The notes below the pieces were generated by a model that saw nothing but the letters and a program-made list of their open reading frames with translations, did no database searches and was not told the DNA's origin. Shown one piece after another: positions 48,644-58,049 of a stretch of DNA of 58,049 bases; within the stretch, counting starts at the first letter, position 1, and each line of letters begins with the position of its first letter. Origin of the DNA: Hyphomicrobiales bacterium (GTDB lineage: Bacteria; Pseudomonadota; Alphaproteobacteria; Rhizobiales; Xanthobacteraceae). A program made the translations under genes and the position numbers. Location of the stretch: positions 1-58,049 of the forward strand of contig PMAF01000314.1 of assembly GCA_003152455.1 (NCBI GenBank), read 5' to 3'.

Positions 48644-49951
48644 ATGCTCAACTCAGTTAAACCGAATGCCCGTCGCTGGCTTTACGCCGCGGCGGGTCTT
48701 GCTTTTGCGGCAACTGCCGCGCTCTCGCCCGCGAAAGCCGAAGACACCATCAAGGTCGGCATTCTCCACTCTCTCTCCGGCACTATGGCTATCAGCGAGA
48801 CGACGCTGAAAGACGTGATGCTGATGCTGATCGACGAGCAGAACAAGAAAGGCGGTCTGCTCGGCAAGAAGCTCGAGGCCGTGGTGGTCGATCCGGCCTC
48901 CAACTGGCCGCTGTTCGCTGAAAAGGCCCGCGAGTTGATCTCCAAGGATAAAGTATCGGTCGTATTCGGCTGCTGGACCTCGGTGTCCCGCAAGTCGGTG
49001 CTGCCGGTGTTCAAGGAGCTCAACTCGATCCTCTTCTATCCCGTCCAGTTCGAGGGCGAAGAGGGTGAGCGCAACGTGTTCTACACCGGCGCCGCGCCGA
49101 ACCAGCAGGCGATTCCCGCCGTCGACTATCTGATGAGCAAGGACGGCGGCTCGGTGAAGCGCTGGGTGCTGGAAGGCACCGACTACGTCTATCCGCGCAC
49201 CACCAACAAAATCCTCGAGGCCTACCTCAAGTCGAAAGGGGTGAAGGACGAGGACATCATGATCAACTACACCCCGTTCGGCTTCTCCGACTGGCAGACC
49301 GAGGTGACCAAGATCAAGGCGTTCGGTTCGGCCGGCAAGAAGACGGCGGTGGTGTCTACCGTCAACGGCGACGCCAACGTGCCGTTCTACAAAGAACTCG
49401 GCAACCAGGGCATCAAAGCCACCGACATTCCGGTGATGGCGTTCTCGGTCGGCGAGGAAGAACTCGCCGGTCTCGACACCAAGCCGCTGGTCGGCCATCT
49501 CGCCGCCTGGAACTACTTCGAATCGATCAAGACTCCGGCGAATGCCACCTTCATCAAGGAATGGCATGCCTTCACCAAGAATCCGAAGCGCACCACCAAC
49601 GATCCGATGGAAGCGCACTACATCGGCTTCAACATGTGGGTGAAGGCGGTGGAGAAGGCGAAGTCGACCGATCCGGACAAGGTGATCGCAGCGCTGCCCG
49701 GTATCAAGCAAGCCAACCTCACCGGCGGCGTGTCGGAGATGTTGCCGAACCACTACATCACCAAGCCGGTCTTCATCGGCGAAATCCGCGCCGACGGCCA
49801 GTTCGACGTGGTGTGGAAGACCAAGGGCCTGGTGAAAGGCGACGCCTGGTCGCCCTATCTGCCCGGCTCGAAGGACCTGATCGCCGATTGGGTCAAGCTC
49901 AAGTGCGGCAACTACAACACCGTCACAAAGAAGTGCGGCAGCGGTTCGTAA
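48644..49951 (+). CDS. urtA: Urea ABC transporter substrate-binding protein
   Basis: HSLSGTMAISE, FGCWTSVSRKSVLP, GAAPNQQAIP, TDYVYPRTTN, AAWNYF. Confidence 0.96.
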   Translation: MLNSVKPNARRWLYAAAGLAFAATAALSPAKAEDTIKVGILHSLSGTMAISETTLKDVMLMLIDEQNKKGGLLGKKLEAVVVDPASNWPLFAEKARELISKDKVSVVFGCWTSVSRKSVLPVFKELNSILFYPVQFEGEEGERNVFYTGAAPNQQAIPAVDYLMSKDGGSVKRWVLEGTDYVYPRTTNKILEAYLKSKGVKDEDIMINYTPFGFSDWQTEVTKIKAFGSAGKKTAVVSTVNGDANVPFYKELGNQGIKATDIPVMAFSVGEEELAGLDTKPLVGHLAAWNYFESIKTPANATFIKEWHAFTKNPKRTTNDPMEAHYIGFNMWVKAVEKAKSTDPDKVIAALPGIKQANLTGGVSEMLPNHYITKPVFIGEIRADGQFDVVWKTKGLVKGDAWSPYLPGSKDLIADWVKLKCGNYNTVTKKCGSGS

Positions 49952-49995
49952 AGCGCGCCGTTCATGCGTCGTGATCGTTGACGCAAATCTCAAAC

Positions 49996-50023
49996 GGAGG
50001 CGGCGGGCCAAGCCGCCGCCTCC
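49996..50023 (+). terminator. Strong intercistronic hairpin between urtA and urtB
   Basis: GGAGGCGGCGG-GCCAAG-CCGCCGCCTCC, 11-bp perfect stem, no U-tract; more likely an mRNA stabiliser or partial attenuator. Confidence 0.55.
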
Positions 50024-50055
50024 AACCAAAACTCAGATGCCGGGGTTTGATTGCA

Positions 50056-51669
50056 ATGCGTAGCTTCTGCGGCCGCATCACAGCGCTCGTATTCGCCCTC
50101 GGTTTGCTTGTCGCTGGCGCCGGGGTCGCCCTTGCCGGGCCTTACGAGGACGCGCTGGTCGGCTTCACCGAAGGCTCCCTGAGCGATACCGGCGACGCCA
50201 TCAACAAGGTCGCCGCCAGCGGCAATCCGCTTGCCGCGCAACTATTGCAAGCGGCGGAGGACGCGCGGCTGATGTTCAGCGCCGCGCAAAAGAAGGTCTT
50301 CATCAAGACCAAGGACGACAAGCTGCTCGACGCCGCCACCGGCAAGGAATTCACCGGCACGCCGCCGGACGATATCGATACCGTCATTGTCAACAACCGG
50401 CTGCGCGGCATCATCGATGCGGTGATCGGCAGCCTGACGCTGATGTCGCCCAATACCAATCAGCGTTTCGACGCGGCGCAGGCGGTGTTCAAGTCGCGTG
50501 AGGTCAGTGCGCTGCCGGCTTTGGACAAGGCGCTGGCCGCGGAAAAAGACCCGCGGGTCAAAAAGGCGATGAACGAGGCGCGCGCCGCCATCGTCCTCAC
50601 CGACAAGGAATCGAGCGACGCCGACAAGATCGCCGCCATCGCGGTCATCCGCGATCGCGGCGATCAGGATGCGCTCGGCCTAATCGACGGCATGGCGGCG
50701 GGCCAGCCGGCCGACGTGCACGAAGCGGCGCAGGCGGCCAGCGCCAAGATCCAGGGCAATTTGGCGATTTGGAACGCCGTGCAGAACGCCTGGTACGGGC
50801 TGTCGCTCGGCTCGGTGCTGCTGCTCGCGGCCATCGGCCTCGCCATCACTTTCGGCGTCATGGGCGTCATCAACATGGCGCACGGCGAGATGGTGATGCT
50901 CGGCGCCTATGTGACATTCGTCGTGCAGGAATTCATCCGCACGAGAAATCCGGCGCTGTTCGACTATTCGCTCGCCATCGCGCTGCCGCTCGCCTTCATC
51001 GTTTCCGGCGCGGTCGGTATTTTTATCGAGCGGACTGTGATCCGCTTTCTCTACGGCCGGCCGCTGGAGACCTTGCTCGCCACCTGGGGCATATCGCTGG
51101 TTTTGCAGCAGGCGGTGCGCGCGGCGTTCGGCCCGACCAACAAGGAAGTCGGCAATCCATCCTGGATGAGCGGCGCCTTCGACCTCGGCGGCATTCTGAT
51201 CACCTATAACCGCATGTGGATCATCGTCTTCACCGGTTTGGTGTTCGTGGCGCTGCTCGCCATGCTGCGCTTCACCCGGCTCGGGCTGGAAATGCGCGCG
51301 GTGACGCAGAACCGCGCCATGGCGGCGGCGATGGGTATCCGCACCGCGCGCATCGACGCGCTCACTTTCGGTCTCGGCTCCGGCATCGCCGGCATTGCCG
51401 GCGTCGCGCTGTCGCAGATCGACAACGTGAGCCCGAACTTGGGGCAGGGCTACATCATCGACAGCTTCATGGTGGTGGTGTTCGGCGGCGTGGGGAATCT
51501 GTGGGGCACGCTGGTCGGCGCGCTGACGCTGGGCATCGCCAACAAGTTCCTCGAGCCGTTCGCCGGCGCCGTGCTCGGCAAGATCGCCATCCTGGTGTTC
51601 ATCATCCTGTTCATCCAGAAACGCCCGCGCGGCATGTTCGCGCTCAAGGGCCGGGCGATTGAAGCATGA
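50056..51669 (+). CDS. urtB: Urea ABC permease
   Basis: GLAITFGVMGVINMAHGE, LYGRPLETLLATWG, YIIDSFMVVVFGG. Confidence 0.95.
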   Translation: MRSFCGRITALVFALGLLVAGAGVALAGPYEDALVGFTEGSLSDTGDAINKVAASGNPLAAQLLQAAEDARLMFSAAQKKVFIKTKDDKLLDAATGKEFTGTPPDDIDTVIVNNRLRGIIDAVIGSLTLMSPNTNQRFDAAQAVFKSREVSALPALDKALAAEKDPRVKKAMNEARAAIVLTDKESSDADKIAAIAVIRDRGDQDALGLIDGMAAGQPADVHEAAQAASAKIQGNLAIWNAVQNAWYGLSLGSVLLLAAIGLAITFGVMGVINMAHGEMVMLGAYVTFVVQEFIRTRNPALFDYSLAIALPLAFIVSGAVGIFIERTVIRFLYGRPLETLLATWGISLVLQQAVRAAFGPTNKEVGNPSWMSGAFDLGGILITYNRMWIIVFTGLVFVALLAMLRFTRLGLEMRAVTQNRAMAAAMGIRTARIDALTFGLGSGIAGIAGVALSQIDNVSPNLGQGYIIDSFMVVVFGGVGNLWGTLVGALTLGIANKFLEPFAGAVLGKIAILVFIILFIQKRPRGMFALKGRAIEA

Positions 51670-52838
51670 AGGCGTTTTCGCTCATCCATATCCTCGACCG
51701 GGGCGCCGTCTTGTTTCTGGTGCTGCTCGGCGCCTTCGCCGTCGCCATACCGGTGTTGAACCTGCTGGTACCGGCAAGCTCGAGCCTGCATGTCTCGACC
51801 TATCTGGTGGCGCTGTTCGGCAAGTACGTCTGCTACGGCCTCCTGGCGCTCTCCATCGATCTGATCTGGGGCTATGCCGGCATTCTTTCGCTCGGTCACG
51901 GCGCGTTTTTCGCGCTCGGCGGCTATGCCATGGGCATGTATCTGATGCGGCAGATCGGTACCCGCGGCGTCTATGGCAATCCGGTGCTGCCCGACTTCAT
52001 GGTGTTCCTCAATTGGCACGAGCTGCCGTTCTTCTGGTACGGCTTCAATCATTTCATCTATGCCGCGCTGATGATCCTTCTGGTGCCGGGCCTGCTGGCG
52101 TTCGTGTTCGGCTGGTTCGCCTTCCGCAGCCGCGTCACCGGCGTGTATCTGTCGATCATCACCCAGGCGATGACCTACGCGCTGCTGCTCGGCTTCTTCC
52201 GTAACAATTTCGGCTTCGGCGGCAATAACGGCCTGACCGACTTCAAGGACATCCTCGGCTTCAACGTGCAGGTGGAGACGACGCGCAACGCACTTCTGGT
52301 CACCTCCTGCCTGGCGCTGGCGCTCGGCTTCCTGATCTGCCGCGCCATCGTCACCTCCAAGTTCGGCAAGGTGCTGGTCGCCATCCGCGACGCCGAATCG
52401 CGCACGCGCTTTCTCGGCTACCGGGTGGAAGCCTACAAGCTGTTCGTGTTCACGCTGTCCGCCTGCATGGCCGGCGTTGCCGGCGCGCTCTACGTGCCGC
52501 AGGTCGGCATTATCAACCCGGGCGAATTCGCGCCGGCCAATTCGATCGAAGCCGTCATCTGGGTCGCGGTCGGCGGCCGTGGCACGCTGACCGGCGCGGT
52601 ACTCGGCGCCTTCGTGGTCAACTACGCCAAGACTTATTTCACCTCCGGCGTGCTGGCGCCCTACTGGCTGTTCATGCTGGGCGGGTTGTTCATCGGCACC
52701 ACCTTGCTGATGCCGCGCGGCATCATCGGCACGTTGAAATACGGCTTCGACCAGCGCGCCGCCCGGTCGGCGGCCGCCGAAGACGGCGTCGAGACCGGTG
52801 CTGCGCCGCCGGCCGCAACGCCGCACGCGGCGGAGTAG
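51666..52838 (+). CDS. urtC: Urea ABC permease
   Basis: DLIWGYAGILSLGHG, GVYLSIITQA, FGGNNGLTDFK, WVAVGGRGTL. Confidence 0.95.
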   Translation: MKAFSLIHILDRGAVLFLVLLGAFAVAIPVLNLLVPASSSLHVSTYLVALFGKYVCYGLLALSIDLIWGYAGILSLGHGAFFALGGYAMGMYLMRQIGTRGVYGNPVLPDFMVFLNWHELPFFWYGFNHFIYAALMILLVPGLLAFVFGWFAFRSRVTGVYLSIITQAMTYALLLGFFRNNFGFGGNNGLTDFKDILGFNVQVETTRNALLVTSCLALALGFLICRAIVTSKFGKVLVAIRDAESRTRFLGYRVEAYKLFVFTLSACMAGVAGALYVPQVGIINPGEFAPANSIEAVIWVAVGGRGTLTGAVLGAFVVNYAKTYFTSGVLAPYWLFMLGGLFIGTTLLMPRGIIGTLKYGFDQRAARSAAAEDGVETGAAPPAATPHAAE

Positions 52839-52844
52839 GGCCTG

Positions 52845-53603
52845 ATGATCGACAAACAAACCACCTCCGCGCTGCTTTACCTCGACGGCATCAGCGTGTC
52901 GTTCGACGGCTTCAAGGCGCTCAACGAATTGTCGCTCGTCGTCGAGCCGGGCGAGATGCGCGCCATTATCGGACCGAACGGCGCCGGCAAGACCACCATG
53001 ATGGACGTGATCACCGGCAAGACGCGGCCCGACTCGGGCGACGTGTTTTTCCAGGAAGGCGCCTACGACCTTTCCAAGCTCGACGAAACCGAGATCGCCA
53101 TGCTCGGTATCGGCCGCAAGTTCCAGAAGCCGACCGTGTTCGATATGCATACGGTCGAGGACAATCTCAATCTGGCGCTGATGAACGATCGCAGCGTGCG
53201 CGCCACGCTGCTGTGGCAGTCGTCGGCCGCCCAGGAAAAGCGCATCGACGAGGTGCTCGACACCATCCGCCTGAAGGCGGTGCGCTCGCGCGTGGCCGGC
53301 AGCCTGTCGCACGGCCAGAAGCAGTGGCTCGAGATCGGCATGCTGCTGGCGCAGGAGCCGAAGCTCCTTCTGGTCGACGAGCCGGTCGCCGGCATGACCG
53401 ATGTGGAGACCATGCAGACCGCCGAGCTGCTCAAGGAAATCAATGCGACCAAGACTGTGGTCGTGGTCGAGCACGACATGGCCTTCGTGCGCGAACTCGG
53501 CGTCAAGGTGACGTGCCTGCATGAAGGTTCGGTGCTGGCGGAAGGCACCATCGATCAGGTCTCGACCAACGACCGCGTGGTCGAGGTCTATTTGGGACGG
53601 TAA
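52845..53603 (+). CDS. urtD: Urea ABC ATP-binding protein
   Basis: GPNGAGKTT, GRKFQKPTVF, LSHGQKQWLEIGM, DEPVAGM. Confidence 0.95.
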   Translation: MIDKQTTSALLYLDGISVSFDGFKALNELSLVVEPGEMRAIIGPNGAGKTTMMDVITGKTRPDSGDVFFQEGAYDLSKLDETEIAMLGIGRKFQKPTVFDMHTVEDNLNLALMNDRSVRATLLWQSSAAQEKRIDEVLDTIRLKAVRSRVAGSLSHGQKQWLEIGMLLAQEPKLLLVDEPVAGMTDVETMQTAELLKEINATKTVVVVEHDMAFVRELGVKVTCLHEGSVLAEGTIDQVSTNDRVVEVYLGR

Positions 53604-53605
53604 CG

Positions 53606-54301
53606 ATGCTCGAGGCCAGCAACATCGATCTCTACTACGGCGCCGCGCAGGCGCTGCGCGGCATTTCGCTCAAGGCCGAGGTCGGCAAGGTGACCTGCGT
53701 GCTCGGCCGCAACGGCGTCGGCAAGAGCAGCCTGCTGCGCGCGCTGGTCGGCCAGCGTCCGGTGAGCGCGGGGACCATCGTGTTCGAAGGCAACGACATC
53801 ACCAGGCTCTCCACGGTCGAGCGGGCGCGCCGCGGCATCGCCTATGTGCCGCAGGGCCGCGAGATTTTCCCGCTGCTCACGGTCGAGGAAAACCTCGAAA
53901 CCGGCTTTGCCCCGCTCAAGCGCGACCAGCGCTCGGTGCCCGACGACGTGTTCTCGCTGTTCCCGGTGCTCAACAGCATGCTCGGCCGGCGCGGCGGCGA
54001 CCTTTCCGGCGGCCAGCAGCAGCAACTGGCGATCGGCCGCGCGCTGGTGATGCGGCCGCGCCTGTTGCTGCTCGACGAGCCGACCGAAGGCATCCAGCCC
54101 TCAATCATCAAGGACATCGGCCGCGCCATTTCCTACCTGCGCGGCTTGAAGGAAATGGCCATCGTGCTAGTCGAGCAATATCTCGACTTCGCGCAGGAGC
54201 TAGGCGACCATCTGGTGGTCATGGACCGGGGCGCCATCGTCTATTCCTGCGACCGGGCAACCATGGACGAGGGCGCGCTCAAGCGGGCGCTGGCGATTTG
54301 A
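53606..54301 (+). CDS. urtE: Urea ABC ATP-binding protein
   Basis: GRNGVGKS, YVPQGREIF, LSGGQQQQLAI, DEPTEGIQP. Confidence 0.95.
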   Translation: MLEASNIDLYYGAAQALRGISLKAEVGKVTCVLGRNGVGKSSLLRALVGQRPVSAGTIVFEGNDITRLSTVERARRGIAYVPQGREIFPLLTVEENLETGFAPLKRDQRSVPDDVFSLFPVLNSMLGRRGGDLSGGQQQQLAIGRALVMRPRLLLLDEPTEGIQPSIIKDIGRAISYLRGLKEMAIVLVEQYLDFAQELGDHLVVMDRGAIVYSCDRATMDEGALKRALAI

Positions 54302-54341
54302 GAATAACGCACGCAAGTGCGACAGTGGCCGGGGAACTGGC

Positions 54342-55178
54342 GTGAGGACAGCCGCAGCTTTGCACAGCAACGCCGAAATCTTCGCCGCCAACCGCGCGAC
54401 CGGGCACCTCGCGTTGCGCGTGGCGGCGAGCGCCGGCCGCACGCGGCGCACGCGCGTGCATGAAGACGGTTCGCTGCGCGTGCGTTTTCCCAACGCCGCG
54501 GGCGACGCGTTGGAAGCGGTGATCGTCAACACCGGCGGCGGCATGACCGGCGGTGACCGCTTCGCGGTGGAGATCGCCTTGGGCGAGGGGGCCAAGGTGG
54601 TCGCCGGCACCGCGGCGGCGGAAAAGATCTATCGCTCCAGCGGGCCGGACGCGGAGATGGACGTTAGGCTCGAGGTCGGCGACGCCGCGCGGCTCGCCTG
54701 GCTGCCGCAGGAGACGATCCTGTTCGACCGCGCCCGCCTGGTGCGGCGCATCGACGTCGCGCTCGCCGCGAACGCCTCGCTTGTGATGGCGGAGGCGGTG
54801 GTGTTCGGACGTTCCGCCATGGGCGAGGCGATGCGCGAGGGTTTTTTCATCGACCATTGGCGCGTGCGCCGCGCGGGCAAGCTCGTTTTCGCCGACGCCG
54901 CGCGGCTCGACGGGGCAATCGCGGCAAAGCTCGGCCAGCCTGCGTCGGCCGCCGGCGGCATCGCCATCGCCACCGTGTTGGTGGCGCCGGGCGATGACGC
55001 AACGACATCCGCCGTGCGTGCGCTCGCCGAACATTTCAGCGGCGAGGTCGGCATTTCTTCTTGGAGCGGCATCGCGGTGGCGCGGCTCTGCGCCAAGGAT
55101 GGGGCCGCGCTCCGTCACGATCTGATCGCGTTGCTGGCGGCGCTCGGCGCGCCCGTGCCGCGGCTCTGGTTGAATTGA
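54342..55178 (+). CDS. ureD: Urease accessory protein
   Basis: EDGSLRVRFP, NTGGGMTGGD, AAEKIYRS, WLPQETILFD. Confidence 0.93.
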   Translation: MRTAAALHSNAEIFAANRATGHLALRVAASAGRTRRTRVHEDGSLRVRFPNAAGDALEAVIVNTGGGMTGGDRFAVEIALGEGAKVVAGTAAAEKIYRSSGPDAEMDVRLEVGDAARLAWLPQETILFDRARLVRRIDVALAANASLVMAEAVVFGRSAMGEAMREGFFIDHWRVRRAGKLVFADAARLDGAIAAKLGQPASAAGGIAIATVLVAPGDDATTSAVRALAEHFSGEVGISSWSGIAVARLCAKDGAALRHDLIALLAALGAPVPRLWLN

Positions 55179-55183
55179 GGCGC

Positions 55184-55232
55184 GCGCATGATCCCGAAAA
55201 GTGGGAACCGGTTTTCGGATAAGATCATGCGC
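55184..55232. repeat. Palindromic REP/RIME-like element
   Basis: gcgcatgatcccgaaaagtgggaaccggttttcggataagatcatgcgc between ureD and ureA. Confidence 0.85.
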
Positions 55233-55246
55233 AAAGGGAAGAACTA

Positions 55247-55549
55247 ATGAATCTGACGCCGCGCGAAAAGGACAAGCTGCTGATCGCCATGGCCGCGATG
55301 GTGGCGCGCCGCCGGCTAGAGCGCGGCGTCAAGCTCAACCATCCGGAGGCGGTGGCGCTGATCAGCGATTTCATCCTGGAAGGCGCGCGCGACGGCAAAA
55401 GCGTTGCCGACCTGATGTGCGACGGCGCTCACGTGCTCATGCGCGCCCAGGTGATGGACGGCATTTCCGAGATGATCCACAACATCCAGGTGGAGGCGAC
55501 GTTTCCGGACGGCACCAAGCTCGTCACCGTGCACAATCCGATCCGCTGA
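55247..55549 (+). CDS. ureA: Urease gamma subunit
   Basis: [32 protein letters not shown]. Confidence 0.98.
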   Translation: MNLTPREKDKLLIAMAAMVARRRLERGVKLNHPEAVALISDFILEGARDGKSVADLMCDGAHVLMRAQVMDGISEMIHNIQVEATFPDGTKLVTVHNPIR

Positions 55550-55562
55550 AAGGACCAAAACC

Positions 55563-56147
55563 ATGAAAAAAATGCTTTCGATCGTCACGCTTCTCTTGCT
55601 GGGAGCAGGCCCCGCGCTCGCGCATCCAGGACACGGCTCGACCGCGTCGTTCGCGGCCGGCATCGCCCATCCGTTCGGCGGCCTCGATCACATCACAGTC
55701 ATGGCGGCGGTCGGCTTGTGGGCGGCGCTCAAGGGCGGCCGCGCGCTGTGGCTGTGGCCTGCGGCCTTCGTCGGCGTGATGCTCGTCGGCGCTGCGTTCG
55801 GCATGGCGCACGTTCCGGTACCGTTGGCGGAGCCCGGCATTCTCGCCTCGGTGGTCGCGCTCGGGCTCATGGTGGCGCTCGCCGTCGACCTGCCGGTGTG
55901 GACCGGCGCGGCGATCGTCGCCGTGTTCGCCCTGCTGCATGGCCATGCGCATGGCACCGAAGTGGCGGAGACGGTCAGCGGCGCCGAATACATGGCGGGC
56001 TTTGCGCTCGCCACCGCAACGCTGCATGGCGTCGGTATCGGCTTTGCGCAACTAATGACGCGGGCACAGTTGCGCCCGCTCGTCCGCATTGCCGGCGCGG
56101 TGTGCGTCATGATCGGCGCGGGCCTGTGGAGCGGAGTGCTCGCATGA
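55563..56147 (+). CDS. ureJ: HupE/UreJ family nickel permease
   Basis: [29 protein letters not shown]. Confidence 0.9.
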   Translation: MKKMLSIVTLLLLGAGPALAHPGHGSTASFAAGIAHPFGGLDHITVMAAVGLWAALKGGRALWLWPAAFVGVMLVGAAFGMAHVPVPLAEPGILASVVALGLMVALAVDLPVWTGAAIVAVFALLHGHAHGTEVAETVSGAEYMAGFALATATLHGVGIGFAQLMTRAQLRPLVRIAGAVCVMIGAGLWSGVLA

Positions 56148-56188
56148 TCCCGAAAAGTGGAAACCGGTGTTCGGACAAGATCATGCGA
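56140..56188. repeat. Palindromic REP/RIME-like element overlapping the ureJ stop
   Basis: tcgcatgatcccgaaaagtggaaaccggtgttcggacaagatcatgcga. Confidence 0.85.
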
Positions 56189-56202
56189 AAAAGGAAAATG
56201 TG

Positions 56203-56508
56203 ATGATCCCCGGCGAACTCTTCATCAAGGACGGTGAGATCGCGCTCAACGCCGGCCGCAAGACCGTAACGCTCAGCGTCGCCAATTCCGGCGACCGGCC
56301 GATCCAGGTCGGCTCGCACTATCATTTCTTCGAGACCAACCCGGCGCTAAGATTCGAGCGCAAAAAAGCGCGCGGCATGCGGCTCGATATCGCCGCCGGC
56401 ACCGCGGTGCGCTTCGAGCCGGGACAGACGCGCGAGGTGACGCTGGTCGCGCTCGCCGGCAAGCGTGCGATCTACGGTTTCCGCGGTGATGTGATGGGGA
56501 AGCTGTAG
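56203..56508 (+). CDS. ureB: Urease beta subunit
   Basis: [34 protein letters not shown]. Confidence 0.97.
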   Translation: MIPGELFIKDGEIALNAGRKTVTLSVANSGDRPIQVGSHYHFFETNPALRFERKKARGMRLDIAAGTAVRFEPGQTREVTLVALAGKRAIYGFRGDVMGKL

Positions 56509-56806
56509 TGGCTACGCCCAAAAGCCATAACGGGCAGACCGTCGTCTGCCCGTCACAAGCTCTCGGATCCATTTCCGGGTCGCGCGGGTGAGCGCGCAAA
56601 CACGGTACCCAGTTACTGAGAGCCAGGACCGGCAAACATGGACCACGAATACTGCAAGCAGCATCCACGTCCCATGCCCGCTCCGGTCATGGCGGCCATC
56701 CGTGTCCGGCGTGAGCCGAAGATGGCTGACCTGCCGGCAAGCCTATTCCGATCGGGGCGGGTGGCAAGATCGAAATAATCGCGCGTGTGAACTTCGGGGA
56801 TAAATT

Positions 56807-58049
<1,243 letters not shown>

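Noticed and set aside
38463-56188. Repeats as a CRISPR array or IS ends
   Set aside because: Copies are dispersed with no regular spacers, cas genes, transposase or target-site duplications seen.

Overview
GC-rich chromosomal window from an alphaproteobacterium (gene content suggests Hyphomicrobiales; inference). No rRNA, tRNA, CRISPR array, transposase or phage gene was seen. Left to right: (1) a hopanoid cluster (ispH-hpnH-hpnN, small Cys-rich protein, DUF2147, then convergent hpnB-C-D-E-shc) with a [2Fe-2S] ferredoxin / TrxB-type FNR pair; (2) an aromatic CoA-thioester island with boxR, boxC, boxB (no boxA or boxD) convergent with thioesterase, 4-hydroxybenzoyl-CoA reductase hcrCAB and an aryl-CoA ligase, and no benzoyl-CoA reductase; (3) a siroheme block: an unannotated 42-aa membrane ORF, cysJ-cysI, then a sigma54-driven FNT-nirA-flavoprotein-cysG unit whose flavoprotein has a 1-nt frameshift in an A7 tract; (4) exbB-exbD-tonB and DUF1993; (5) an aromatic-acid uptake and meta-cleavage region (NitT/TauT ABC, class II aldolase, galB, ligK, VOC extradiol dioxygenase, DUF4440, DUF1932 dehydrogenase, Kazal-like protein); (6) sigma54-driven urtABCDE and ureD-ureA-ureJ-ureB-ureC (ureC runs off the window). 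Three copies of a palindromic REP/RIME-like element are present. The best candidate for a new system is a hybrid 4-hydroxybenzoate route coupling reductive dehydroxylation (HcrCAB) to O2-dependent benzoyl-CoA epoxidation (BoxBC), possibly fed by the neighbouring ferredoxin/FNR instead of BoxA. Family assignments come from motif recognition, not database searches.
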